Shown here: in pieces, positions 17,150-25,871 of the stretch
How positions within the stretch are numbered: the stretch's first letter is position 1
Layout of the letters: the number at the start of each line of letters is the position of its first letter
Origin: a virus
Lineage: Duplodnaviria; Caudoviricetes
Direction: 5' to 3' (one strand)
Length of the DNA: 35,160 nucleotides
Virus record (IMG/VR): IMGVR_UViG_3300024232_000044
Span: 1-35,160 of that record
The notes under the pieces: generated by a model
What the model was told of the DNA's origin: nothing
Database searches by the model: none
Seen by the model: only the letters and a program-made list of their open reading frames with translations
Made by a program: the position numbers and the translations under genes

Positions 17150-17766
17150 AACCCAGCATTTTTCTTGGCCTCCCGATGTACGGCGCCGTTCACGGCGACG
17201 CCGCGATCTCCCTGATGGCACTTGCCGCGCGGTCCGCGGCAATGAACCTCCTCCGCGGAGTCGAAGGGAACTTCTTCGGCGCTCTTGGCGAGGCGCGAAA
17301 TCAGCTCGTGAAGTCGGCCCTCCGTTCAGGCGCCAGCCACATACTTTTTCTCGATGCCGATATGGTTGTCCCGTCGGACACCCCTCGTCTGTTGCTGAAG
17401 CACGATCTGCCGGTCGTGTCGGGGCTTTACTTCGAACGTGTGGCTCCTTTCAAACCGATCGTTGGCAAGCTGGAAGATCCTCGGTGTGGAAACTTTTTGG
17501 ACTATCCGCCCGGGGTTTCTGAAGTCGGCCTCGTCGGTTGCGGGTGTTTGCTCGTGAACCTGGACGTTTTCCGGAAGATCGCCGAGCACTTGAAGGCCGA
17601 GGAGTGGTTTACGTTCTTCAGCAAGCGCGCGGGCGAGGACATCAGCTTCTGCAAGCTGTGCCGCGATCTGGGGATCCGGATGTACCTCGATGCCGACGTG
17701 AAATGTGAGCACGTCGCAAGCTTGCTCGTGGGTGAGGCGGACTTCAAACGGGCGTTCGATCGGTAG
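17146..17766 (+). CDS. GT2-like glycosyltransferase
   Basis: ARNQLV, HILFLDADM, GCGCLLV, GEDISFC, CEH. Confidence 0.8.
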   Translation: MKPSIFLGLPMYGAVHGDAAISLMALAARSAAMNLLRGVEGNFFGALGEARNQLVKSALRSGASHILFLDADMVVPSDTPRLLLKHDLPVVSGLYFERVAPFKPIVGKLEDPRCGNFLDYPPGVSEVGLVGCGCLLVNLDVFRKIAEHLKAEEWFTFFSKRAGEDISFCKLCRDLGIRMYLDADVKCEHVASLLVGEADFKRAFDR

Positions 17767-17930
17767 GGGATTTTCTTGATAAAAGAAACCACGGCCGGTG
17801 ACGGGCTCTAGCGTCGGCAGCTTTTCCGGGGTAGGTTACTCGTAGTCAGACACCGTCCGACCCGCGCCAAGGAGCGTCTCGGCGGTCACCTTCGCAATTC
17901 GGGGATTCTGCCCCAAAGCAAAAACACAAT

Positions 17931-19142
17931 ATGTCCGCAATCTCAGGTTTACTTTCGACGAACGAAGCCGCGACAAACGAGCTCGTGGGAGAGTTTCAGG
18001 AAACAATCTTCGTCCGCAATTCCCGCGGTTTCAACGTCGGCTCGACCCTCTTCGGTCTCATGAGCCGCCTCGACAATGAAGGCGCCGAGAACCTCGAGTA
18101 CAACTGGTTCGAACGTGATCCCGTCCGCAAGACGGTTTACGCGCAGGCTACCGCGACGTCTTCGATCACCGCGCTGACGTTCTCCGACACTGCCACAGGC
18201 GCCGCGGGCACCGTCAACTTCCTGTTGCACGCCGGCATGGTCCTGATGAATGACGTGTCCCGCGAGTATGTGAAGGTCACTGCCACGCCGACCGACACGA
18301 CCAACACGATCACCGTTACCCGCGGTTTCGCCGGCACTGCCGCGACGATCAACGCTGGTGACACGTTCACGATCGTTACCCTGGGCAAGGGTGAAGGTTC
18401 CGACCCTGTGCGCGCCGCGTACGAGAACCCCTCGACGCTCACGAACTACATTCAGACCTTCAACTCTGTCGTTGAGCTGACGAACGCCTTCAAAGGCAGC
18501 GTCCTCCGCACCGACATCGAAGGGCCGCTGAACGACCGGCGCCTGCAAGCGCTCGAAAAAATCTCTCGCGACATCGAGTTCTCCTATCTGCTCGGGGCCA
18601 AGAAAAAGACCGCCTCGACCAGCAACGCCGGCTTCGAGTACTTCACCGGTGGTGTTTACCAGGGCCTCATTGACGCCGGTCTGACGAGCAACGTCCAGAA
18701 CGGTGCATCGATCACCTTGGCGAACTTCAACGCCTGGCTGTCGAACGTCCTGCCCTACGGCTCCGACGTCAAGCTGGCCTTCGCCGGCCCGCAGGCTTAC
18801 TCGGCGATCAGCACTTTCGCGAACACCGGCACCAACGGGTACCGGATCATGCAGAACGAAACCGTGTTTGGCATGCACATCCAGGTCATCAACACCCCGT
18901 TCGGCGAGTTGAACCTGGCTCAGCATCCGCTGTTGCGTGAAGCCGTCGGCCTCCGCGACTGGATGTTCGTCCTCGACCTCCCGCACCTGACACAGAAGGT
19001 GTTCGAGAAGCTCTTCCTGGAAGACAACATCCAGAACAACGGCGTGGATTCCTACAAGGAACAGTTCCGCGCCAAGCTCGGGCTCCGGATGAAATTCCCG
19101 AACGCTTTCGGGGTCATCTACGACCTTGCCAGCATCACCTAA
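17931..19142 (+). CDS. major capsid protein (SU10/DUF5309-like)
   Basis: 403 aa; EYNWFE, NYIQTF, DIEFSYLLG, TPFGELNL..HP; strong codon bias. Confidence 0.88.
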   Translation: MSAISGLLSTNEAATNELVGEFQETIFVRNSRGFNVGSTLFGLMSRLDNEGAENLEYNWFERDPVRKTVYAQATATSSITALTFSDTATGAAGTVNFLLHAGMVLMNDVSREYVKVTATPTDTTNTITVTRGFAGTAATINAGDTFTIVTLGKGEGSDPVRAAYENPSTLTNYIQTFNSVVELTNAFKGSVLRTDIEGPLNDRRLQALEKISRDIEFSYLLGAKKKTASTSNAGFEYFTGGVYQGLIDAGLTSNVQNGASITLANFNAWLSNVLPYGSDVKLAFAGPQAYSAISTFANTGTNGYRIMQNETVFGMHIQVINTPFGELNLAQHPLLREAVGLRDWMFVLDLPHLTQKVFEKLFLEDNIQNNGVDSYKEQFRAKLGLRMKFPNAFGVIYDLASIT

Positions 19143-19151
19143 GTCTGACTG

Positions 19152-19418
19152 ATGGCCAAGCAGGTAATGGACGCGAAAAGCGCGGTTGAGGCCGTTTCGC
19201 CTGCCGCAATACGTCCGACCGAACCTCCTGCTCCCGCGCCCGAAGCTCCGCGTAAATCCTGGCGCTTCGTTAACAACAAGAGCTGGTGGGATGAACTGGA
19301 GCTGAAGGACGGGCGAAAACTGAAATTTCTGTCGGCGGAGTTCGTCACTGAAGACGCCTCCCTCGCCGCACAACTGAACGAATTGGTCGCGAAGGGTAAA
19401 CTTTGCGACGGCAACTAG
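19152..19418 (+). CDS. small virion/head-associated hypothetical protein
   Basis: 88 aa directly after the capsid gene. Confidence 0.6.
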   Translation: MAKQVMDAKSAVEAVSPAAIRPTEPPAPAPEAPRKSWRFVNNKSWWDELELKDGRKLKFLSAEFVTEDASLAAQLNELVAKGKLCDGN

Positions 19419-19429
19419 AATCGAATACT

Positions 19430-19591
19430 ATGGCAAACGAACCCAAGAAAACCGCGAACAAGAGCGGGACGACTATCAGCGAATACCTAACCGTGATTGG
19501 TGGGCTTCCGCCTACAAAGGACATCCGCGAGATCGCTGCCGACGTGAAGCCCCGCGCCAACGGTCGCGCCCCTGGCTCTGTCCGCAAGTAA
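19430..19591 (+). CDS. small basic hypothetical protein
   Basis: ACTATG start, 53 aa, before the terminator. Confidence 0.5.
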   Translation: MANEPKKTANKSGTTISEYLTVIGGLPPTKDIREIAADVKPRANGRAPGSVRK

Positions 19592-19633
19592 GTAACCCGG
19601 CCCGCGCGCTCCGCGCGTTCACAGAAAATCTGA

Positions 19634-19673
19634 GGCCGCGGGCGTCTTAACACGCTCGCGGTCGTTTTCTTTT
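19634..19673 (+). terminator. intrinsic terminator ending the capsid operon
   Basis: GGCCGCGGGCGT-cttaac-ACGCTCGCGGTC followed by GTTTTCTTTT. Confidence 0.7.
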
Positions 19674-19678
19674 CCCCC

Positions 19679-20308
19679 ATGACCCTCGCCGAATTAAATG
19701 CGCTGATGGTGATAGGCGTCAGCCGTACAGACCTCACCGTTGCTGGCAAATACACCGCATTTCTCAACGAGGCCCAGCGTGAAATCTGCAAGCTGCGATC
19801 CTGGAAATGGATGACCTCCAGCGCCGACCTAACGATACCGGCCGGTGTGAGCTATGTCGCGCTGCCAGCGAATTTCAAGGAGCTCACCAAGGCCCGATCC
19901 CCGATCGTTCAGGTCGATTCGTCTGTCATCCCAGAAGTTGTGACGCCGGTAGAAATCTGGACGCTGGAGAAACAACAGCGCCGAGCGTTGACGGCTCCCT
20001 TCTTGACGGTCCGTCTGGATTTTACAACTTCGCCGCCTCGGATCGCACTTCTGACTCCACTAAGCACGAACGTAAATCTTCGAGTCAGTTACTACGCCTT
20101 TCCTGCCGATCTCGCGGCCGACGGCGATACGAATCAGCTCACGATTGAGCACCCCCACATGCTGCTGAACAAGGCCAAAGAACTGGCGTTTGCTTCTGTG
20201 AACGATCCGGCTGCTGTGGAATTCAACGGACTGTTTCTCCAGCAGTTCAAACAGAATTTTGGGTACGATTCTTATGCGCGTCTATCGGGCACAGCTCAAC
20301 GAATGTAA
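19679..20308 (+). CDS. head-tail adaptor (tail tubular protein A-like)
   Basis: MTLAEL, FLNEAQREI, W.WM, LPANF, YYAFP motifs. Confidence 0.8.
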   Translation: MTLAELNALMVIGVSRTDLTVAGKYTAFLNEAQREICKLRSWKWMTSSADLTIPAGVSYVALPANFKELTKARSPIVQVDSSVIPEVVTPVEIWTLEKQQRRALTAPFLTVRLDFTTSPPRIALLTPLSTNVNLRVSYYAFPADLAADGDTNQLTIEHPHMLLNKAKELAFASVNDPAAVEFNGLFLQQFKQNFGYDSYARLSGTAQRM

Positions 20309-20311
20309 CTT

Positions 20312-21070
20312 ATGATTTTCACTGCAACCAACCCGGCCGAATCTGAAAGCACAAAGCTCGGCGCGTCGCGGATTCGTGACCTCAAAACGATCCTGAACAA
20401 CACGCTGGGGCTGCTGTACACTCTGTCGCCTGTCGACAGCGCGTCCGGGGTCGCTGCGCCCGTTTCGGGCGGAGTATCGTCGACGATGCTCGCGACAAAC
20501 TCCGTCACCACGGCGAAGATCACGGACTCCAATGTCACCACGGCGAAGATCGCGGACGTGAACGTCACCACGGCTAAGATCGCCGATCTCAACGTCACGA
20601 CTGCTAAGATCAATGATCTCGCAGTCACGACGGGCAAGCTCGCGGCGAGTGCTGTCACAGTCGCCAAAATCACGCCCGGCACGAACGGTCAGTCTTTGAT
20701 TACATCGGGCGGCGCGGCGGCCTGGGGATCGCCGTGGTCTGTGACCGCGAATCAATCCATCGGGACCGGTGCCAGCGATGCGATCAATATCAGTGTAGCC
20801 CACGGGCTCGGAGCAGTTCCGGGCGGTATTCGGTGGGTGTTTGTTTGCACTGACGCCGGGGGCGACGCGGGCTATTCGCAGAACGACGAAGTGTCGATCT
20901 ACGGCCCGCACGAAACTGCTTTCTGTGGTCCTTCTGCCTGGGCTGATGCGACAAACGTCGGGCTGTCATTCATTAACGGCCTTTCCTTGTTCCTCTACCA
21001 CAAATCCACCCAGGCCCGAACCGCAATCACCCGCACAAAATGGGCTGCTAAGGCCTACGTCGCGAAGTAA
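20312..21070 (+). CDS. tail fibre protein with VTTAKI repeats
   Basis: GASRIRDLK N-terminal anchor; six 10-aa repeats; HGLGAVP C-terminal domain. Confidence 0.75.
   Translation: MIFTATNPAESESTKLGASRIRDLKTILNNTLGLLYTLSPVDSASGVAAPVSGGVSSTMLATNSVTTAKITDSNVTTAKIADVNVTTAKIADLNVTTAKINDLAVTTGKLAASAVTVAKITPGTNGQSLITSGGAAAWGSPWSVTANQSIGTGASDAINISVAHGLGAVPGGIRWVFVCTDAGGDAGYSQNDEVSIYGPHETAFCGPSAWADATNVGLSFINGLSLFLYHKSTQARTAITRTKWAAKAYVAK
20503..20680 (+). repeat. 30-nt coding tandem repeat (VTTAKIxDxN)
   Basis: gtcaccacggcgaagatc recurring with a 30-nt period. Confidence 0.8.
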
Positions 21071-21073
21071 TTT

Positions 21074-24000
21074 GTGCGCCGCAAACGCCCACTGATGGTC
21101 CGAGTCAAGGCCCCGTCTCGGGGTCTCGTAACTCGTTTGCCGTCCGAGTTGGCTGATAAGTTCAAGCCGAACGACCTGAACCGGACATGTGTAGTGGCGC
21201 AGAACGTCCGATTCGAGGACGGCGTCGCGGCAGCTGCGCCTGGCTTTGAGCGGATCCAGTTCACGGGCGGGTTGTTCACGACGCTGCTGCATCACTGGAA
21301 GCTGGACGAGGCAAGTGAAGACCGGATCGACTCTCACGGCAGCAATGACCTATCCGACTTCGGCGCCTTCCCGACCAGCTCGACAGCCGGCAAATTCGGA
21401 AACGCCGCCAACTTCGCCGATCTCGTGGCGACTGATAGCGCATTGCGCACAGCCAGCGCATTTGCTCTCTCCAACGGCAGCGACTGCACAATCACCGGCT
21501 GGCTGAACTTCATGGGCGGGACTGGCGTCCTTCACGTCTTCGGCGTCAGCGGGACTTTCGACCTCGCGATCGAAAATCAGAAACTGGCGTTCTACGCCTA
21601 TAACACGATCGCGGGCTCGACGCGAGTCGAGTCGGCTACTCTAACCCCATCCACGAACTACTTTTTCGCGGCGAAGATTCAGAGCGGCTCGCAGATCAGT
21701 ATCCGGATCAATGCTGTGGCCGCTGTAACTGGTTCCTTCACCGGTACGTCGACGTTTCCCGGCCGGCCCGTCGCTGGCGGTGCCTCCGGCAGCAGCGGGA
21801 GCGGCGGCTTTTGGCTCGACTCAGTCAGCGTGTTCTCGTCCGCGCTGTCGACCGGAAACATTGATCTCCTGTACGCCTCCGGCGCGGGACTGGACTATCC
21901 TTTCCTTGGCGGCCCAATCTACACGATCCACCAAGCCGACTACCTGCAGAGCCCCGACAACCCGCTGTTCCTTTGCAACCCGAACCATCTGTATCTTGCA
22001 ACTCGAAGCTACAGTTCCAGTCCCCGGACTTTCAGTGTCGCGTTGACCGATCTGTATTCGGCTCCGTCGGCTACGACCGCCGAGCTACGGTGGCACGTTT
22101 GCGACTTCTACAATCGCGTCGTTTTCGCGGCCGACGGCATCGCGCCGCAGCAGTACCTGACGGGCAGCACGACGAGTGCCCTGCCAGGCCTTCCGACAGG
22201 TGAGGATTACGCGGGCGTAACCGCGTTTGCCGGGCATGTGCTATTTTGGCGAGATGTCACGTTGAAGTGGAGTGATCTCAATGATGCGACTAATTACATC
22301 CCAGTCGCGGAGACGGTTTCAACAAATAGCGTCGGCGTAGCGACGGGTGGGTTCACGCAGCCGGCCCTGGGCGCAACGACCTCGGTGTTCTATGTGGACG
22401 AGGCTCCGACCGGCTGGGTCGTGGGGATGTATGTTCGTATCGAGCACAGTGTTTCGTCAGTCAGCTATTATCTCGTCGCGTCAATCTCACCATTCTTGCA
22501 GCTGAGCGCGATCAGCGTCGCGAGTTCACAAACTGCGACCGGCTCCGCAACGACGACGATCTTTATCAAGGAAGCGGTGGAGTGGGCTGTCGGGACTCTC
22601 GTCGTAGCAGGTGCGAGCACGAACGTTTTGACAGTGGCCGGCGCGGCAGAGGAATCTACGAATTCCTGGATCGTGTCCGCCGACGCTACTGTCGTGGCGG
22701 GTTCTCCGCGGACTGTCACGGGACTGATCCTTACGTCACAGGCTACGGACCTCGCCATAAACGACTACATTTCTATCGGCCCGAACACGATCCCGGGCCG
22801 AGACGTCTATCAGATTACCGCCATTTCGACGGACGCCACGACCGGTCAGGTCAAATTGAACCTGAATCAGGTCGGCACCGGCACGGGCTCCAGTCCGCTT
22901 GGCGATGCGGCGACAATCGTCGATGGCGCGGTCGTTGTTCGACAGCCATGGGTTTCCCTTACTAACGCCGGGAGCAATGTCACGATTTCCGCCTCCACGA
23001 CGATCTCTGAGAAGTACGGCCTGACGCTGACTCTTCAGAATTTAACCGGTGCCCAGTCGGGCGGCACAGTCAGCGCGGGAGCGGTCCTGGCCCCCCTCCA
23101 GGCGAATGAGGCCGGAGAGGCTCAGTTGATCGGCGCCGACGATAACGGCGACATCCTGGAAGTTGTGCCGGTCGGTGAGTACGCAGTCGCGCTCAAGTCC
23201 CGATCGGTCTCGTCGGTTCAGTACGTCGGCCGGCAGCAAGGAACCTTCTTCAAGCGCACCGAGCTGCGCAGCGACGGACTGCTCGCACGTAACGCCTGGG
23301 CGAAGCTTGGTGATTCCAGGATCGCTTTCCTTGGCCGCAAAGAGCTGTACATATACTCGGGTGGGCAGAACGCCGAACCGATTTGCCAGCAGTACACTCG
23401 GCAGCTCTATTCCGAGCTGGATCGTGCCCGACTCGGCGAAGCCTTCGCATTCCACAACGAGCTTCGCAACGAGCTGTGGCTTGCATATCCCAGCATCGGC
23501 GGCGGGCAGAGAGTTCTAGTCTACAACTACCTCGAAGACAGCGCGACGATCGACGACTACGAGACGGCTTCGCTGGCACTCACGACGGCCGGACAAGCGG
23601 ACTGGTCGACAGACCCGGACTGGGCCTCTATGGTGGGAAGTTGGAGCGATCTAGGCGATGACATCACCTGGGCCAGCCTGACCGCGTCCGGCGAGCAGTT
23701 GCTAACGCTGATCGCGCAAGAGAACGGCAATGTTGCGGTCCACGGCGAAGTCTGGAATCGGGATGGTGACGGGTACGACTGCATCGCAGAGACCTGTGAT
23801 TTTGACCTCGGAGACTCGGAGCTGTGGAAGTACGTCGACTGTATCCGGATCATCTTTGACCCAATCACGGACAGCGTTCCGCGGACAGTGTTCGTTCAGA
23901 TCGGCATGCGCTCAGACTCGTTGTCGCCTGTCACATACACTCTTGCAGAGGCAATCGACATCTCCAGCACGACAACTCAGCCGGTCAATGTGAACCCTGG

Positions 24001-24106
24001 CGGCGCCGGGCGGTTCATTCGGCTTAAGGTCTACTCGACGGACCCAGATGTGAAGTGGCGGATCTCCGGGTTCGAAATCATCACCCGTGCAGGGTCGACG
24101 TACTGA
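21074..24106 (+). CDS. tail nozzle / tubular protein B-like protein with inserted LamG domain
   Basis: AQNVRFEDG, LKWSD, NELWLAYP, LVYNY, GRFIRLK; LamG motifs HHWKLDE and WLDSVSVFSSALS. Confidence 0.75.
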   Translation: MRRKRPLMVRVKAPSRGLVTRLPSELADKFKPNDLNRTCVVAQNVRFEDGVAAAAPGFERIQFTGGLFTTLLHHWKLDEASEDRIDSHGSNDLSDFGAFPTSSTAGKFGNAANFADLVATDSALRTASAFALSNGSDCTITGWLNFMGGTGVLHVFGVSGTFDLAIENQKLAFYAYNTIAGSTRVESATLTPSTNYFFAAKIQSGSQISIRINAVAAVTGSFTGTSTFPGRPVAGGASGSSGSGGFWLDSVSVFSSALSTGNIDLLYASGAGLDYPFLGGPIYTIHQADYLQSPDNPLFLCNPNHLYLATRSYSSSPRTFSVALTDLYSAPSATTAELRWHVCDFYNRVVFAADGIAPQQYLTGSTTSALPGLPTGEDYAGVTAFAGHVLFWRDVTLKWSDLNDATNYIPVAETVSTNSVGVATGGFTQPALGATTSVFYVDEAPTGWVVGMYVRIEHSVSSVSYYLVASISPFLQLSAISVASSQTATGSATTTIFIKEAVEWAVGTLVVAGASTNVLTVAGAAEESTNSWIVSADATVVAGSPRTVTGLILTSQATDLAINDYISIGPNTIPGRDVYQITAISTDATTGQVKLNLNQVGTGTGSSPLGDAATIVDGAVVVRQPWVSLTNAGSNVTISASTTISEKYGLTLTLQNLTGAQSGGTVSAGAVLAPLQANEAGEAQLIGADDNGDILEVVPVGEYAVALKSRSVSSVQYVGRQQGTFFKRTELRSDGLLARNAWAKLGDSRIAFLGRKELYIYSGGQNAEPICQQYTRQLYSELDRARLGEAFAFHNELRNELWLAYPSIGGGQRVLVYNYLEDSATIDDYETASLALTTAGQADWSTDPDWASMVGSWSDLGDDITWASLTASGEQLLTLIAQENGNVAVHGEVWNRDGDGYDCIAETCDFDLGDSELWKYVDCIRIIFDPITDSVPRTVFVQIGMRSDSLSPVTYTLAEAIDISSTTTQPVNVNPGGAGRFIRLKVYSTDPDVKWRISGFEIITRAGSTY

Positions 24107-24107
24107 G

Positions 24108-25244
24108 ATGCCCATCGAAGCTCCAAGGATCATTCTTCCAGCACCCCTCCGGTCGGCGCGCACGGAGTCGGAGCGGAATAACGTCCTGCTCCGCTTCACG
24201 CGTGAAACCGAGAGCGCATTCAAAGGCCTGGTCGACAGCCACGGGAACCTGATCTCGAGCGTCAACAGCCTGGAGGAAGACGTCGCATCTCTGCGGGAGA
24301 CAGTTGCCTCGCTGCCGGCGCCGTCGGGGGGCCGACCCGGCCGCGACGGGACAAACGGTACGAATGGCACTAATGGCACGAACGGTACAAATGGCGCGCC
24401 CGCCGCCTCCGAGCTCCGTGTCGATGATCACATTGCCTGGGATTCGGTGGAGGATTATAGCGCCGGGGCTATTTCGACGCTGGATCAAGGCTTTGGCTGG
24501 TCTAACAATGGCAGCGCTTCCGGCGCTACTATCGTCTCGCGAACGGCCGGCTCGGGCAATACTCAGAAGCGGCTCGAGTTGAAGACGGGGTATCTCCTCC
24601 GCAAGATGCCCTGGGCTGGAAAATGGCAGCGCCTCATGATCGGGCTGCTCCTCCGCGTCAACCACAATGCGACTTTCTCGGGCGACCTCGCCTTTGGCGT
24701 CTGCTCGGGCTCAACAAACCACTTTTCAGCAGGGACGACGGACAACTTCTTTGGGATGAAGGCGAGCGGATCGGCTAATGACTGGACTTACACTTCAGGG
24801 ACCAGGTTCGATTATTTCGCCGTCAACCCGGCTTTGCGCTGGGTTACTCGACGAAGCACGACAAATACAGATCGAGGATCCGGCGCGTCTACGGCTGGTC
24901 AGAGCTACGCCGCTACTGAGGGGGCGCTGACCTACTGGTTGCTGGATGTCTCCCGGCCGGTATTCGCGACTGCGGGGACCTCGATCACCTACTCCTTTGG
25001 CCACAGCAGCACGACGGCGACTGTGGTGCAATTCTACCCGGGCAAGTACAGCTTCTGGGAGATCATGCACGCTTCTGGTGATGTTGGCACAGCCGACGCC
25101 TGGGTCCGGCATACTGGGAGCGCGAACAACACGAACTCTTTCAGCTTCGACGAATCAACCGGAGCCCTGGACACGCTGAATTTCTACTGGAACCACAGCC
25201 ACAGCCTCGAGCTTGCGGCTTATGGTGTGCGGAAGCTTTACTGA
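24108..25244 (+). CDS. tail fibre/spike protein with coiled coil and collagen-like GTN repeats
   Basis: GRDGTNGTNGTNGTNGTNGA followed by a beta-rich C-terminal domain. Confidence 0.7.
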   Translation: MPIEAPRIILPAPLRSARTESERNNVLLRFTRETESAFKGLVDSHGNLISSVNSLEEDVASLRETVASLPAPSGGRPGRDGTNGTNGTNGTNGTNGAPAASELRVDDHIAWDSVEDYSAGAISTLDQGFGWSNNGSASGATIVSRTAGSGNTQKRLELKTGYLLRKMPWAGKWQRLMIGLLLRVNHNATFSGDLAFGVCSGSTNHFSAGTTDNFFGMKASGSANDWTYTSGTRFDYFAVNPALRWVTRRSTTNTDRGSGASTAGQSYAATEGALTYWLLDVSRPVFATAGTSITYSFGHSSTTATVVQFYPGKYSFWEIMHASGDVGTADAWVRHTGSANNTNSFSFDESTGALDTLNFYWNHSHSLELAAYGVRKLY

Positions 25245-25390
25245 GGCTTCCGCTTCTTTCCTTTCGGCCAGCCTCCCTTTTTCGCGTTTAGGCGTGCCGC
25301 CGCGGCTTTTTTCGGGCTGGTCACGCGCCCTCCGAGGCGCCCTAGTTCTTCGGCCGTGTTGATCTCTTTCCCACAGTGCGGGCATTTCAT
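25238..25390 (-). CDS. 50 aa CxxC plus KGG-type basic protein, putative DNA-binding regulator (not in ORF track)
   Basis: MKCPHCGKEINTAEELGRLGGRVTSPKKAAAARLNAKKGGWPKGKKRKPQ. Confidence 0.7.
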   Translation of the reverse strand: MKCPHCGKEINTAEELGRLGGRVTSPKKAAAARLNAKKGGWPKGKKRKPQ

Positions 25391-25430
25391 TCGCCTTCAT
25401 TCTATCCTACCCGCGGGGTCGAAAGTCCAG

Positions 25431-25459
25431 TTGACAATACCTAAGCGCTTGGGTATTGT
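25431..25459 (+). promoter_or_regulatory. sigma-70 promoter overlapped by a 26-bp palindromic operator
   Basis: TTGACA-17 nt-TATTGT; ACAATACCTAAGC|GCTTGGGTATTGT. Confidence 0.75.
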
Positions 25460-25468
25460 AGCCCCGCA

Positions 25469-25660
25469 ATGAGCACCAAATACCGCCTCAAAGACGCCTC
25501 CGGCCGCTATTTCTGCACTCGCCTGGTTCTGATGCCCGAACGAACCGAAGATGTTGAGAAGGCGGCAACGCTGACCGAAGAGGAGGTTGCGTTTATCCGA
25601 CAGGCTACGATCCGCAGCGTCCCTAACCAGGCGTTTTGGTGGGAGCCAGAGCCTGTGTGA
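25469..25660 (+). CDS. 63 aa hypothetical protein, probably leaderless
   Basis: ATG 9 nt after the -10 box; converges on the tRNA. Confidence 0.6.
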   Translation: MSTKYRLKDASGRYFCTRLVLMPERTEDVEKAATLTEEEVAFIRQATIRSVPNQAFWWEPEPV

Positions 25661-25664
25661 AGAG

Positions 25665-25754
25665 TGGAAGGGGTGGGAATCGAACCCACGGCCCCACGCT
25701 AATGGAGCAGCAATTTTTCAGATCGCTTCGGGTTAACCTAACACCCTCCCTTCC
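25665..25754 (-). tRNA. atypical tRNA-like gene: GAA (Phe) anticodon, long variable arm
   Basis: Acceptor GGAAGGG/CCCTTCC plus A; D arm GGGT-GTTAGGTTA-ACCC; anticodon arm AGCGAT-CTGAAAA-ATTGCT; V arm GCTCCA-TTAGCG-TGGGGC; T arm GTGGG-TTCGATT-CCCAC; no encoded CCA. Confidence 0.8.
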
Positions 25755-25758
25755 GCAG

Positions 25759-25790
25759 AAAATAAAAAGCCCGCTGTTAGCGCAGCGGGC
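25759..25790 (-). terminator. intrinsic terminator immediately upstream of the tRNA
   Basis: GCCCGCTG-CGCTAA-CAGCGGGC-TTTTTATTTT. Confidence 0.8.
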
Positions 25791-25868
25791 TAACGGGCCG
25801 TCAAAAGCCTACTCTGTAGGAGTGTTTTTCATCAGCCCGTGAACGGACGGTTAGGTCATCCGCTCACC
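25759..25868 (-). ncRNA. structured leader / small RNA of about 110 nt
   Basis: 11-bp stem with ACCTAAC loop, then GGGCTG/CGGCCC stem with inner CCTAC/GTAGG hairpin, then the terminator; bounded upstream by a promoter. Confidence 0.6.
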
Positions 25869-25871
25869 TTT

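Noticed and set aside
17949-19373. 474 aa ORF antisense to the capsid gene
   Set aside because: Shadow ORF expected from the strong codon bias of a GC-rich gene; no motifs
19485-19494. ACCTAACCGT identical to the leader loop region (possible trans target of the tRNA D-loop)
   Set aside because: Single 10-mer inside a coding region with no second CGCTAA loop nearby; compatible with chance
20503-24392. Tandem repeats as a CRISPR array or DGR
   Set aside because: The repeats are in-frame coding (VTTAKI, GTN); no spacers and no reverse transcriptase
25155-25400. 81 aa minus-strand ORF in the track
   Set aside because: The alternative frame 25390..25238 gives a recognisable CxxC/KGG protein
25665-25710. 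tRNA 3' end as an attP/attL site
   Set aside because: The tRNA is full length, no duplicate copy or integrase is in the window, and phage structural genes continue on both sides
25815-25868. Fluoride riboswitch or hammerhead resemblance (TAACCG...GCTGATGA...CTCCTAC)
   Set aside because: Lacks the GAUGGAGUUC segment, has 6 extra nt before CTCC, and has no correctly placed hammerhead GAAA/stem III; treated as an unknown leader pending cmscan
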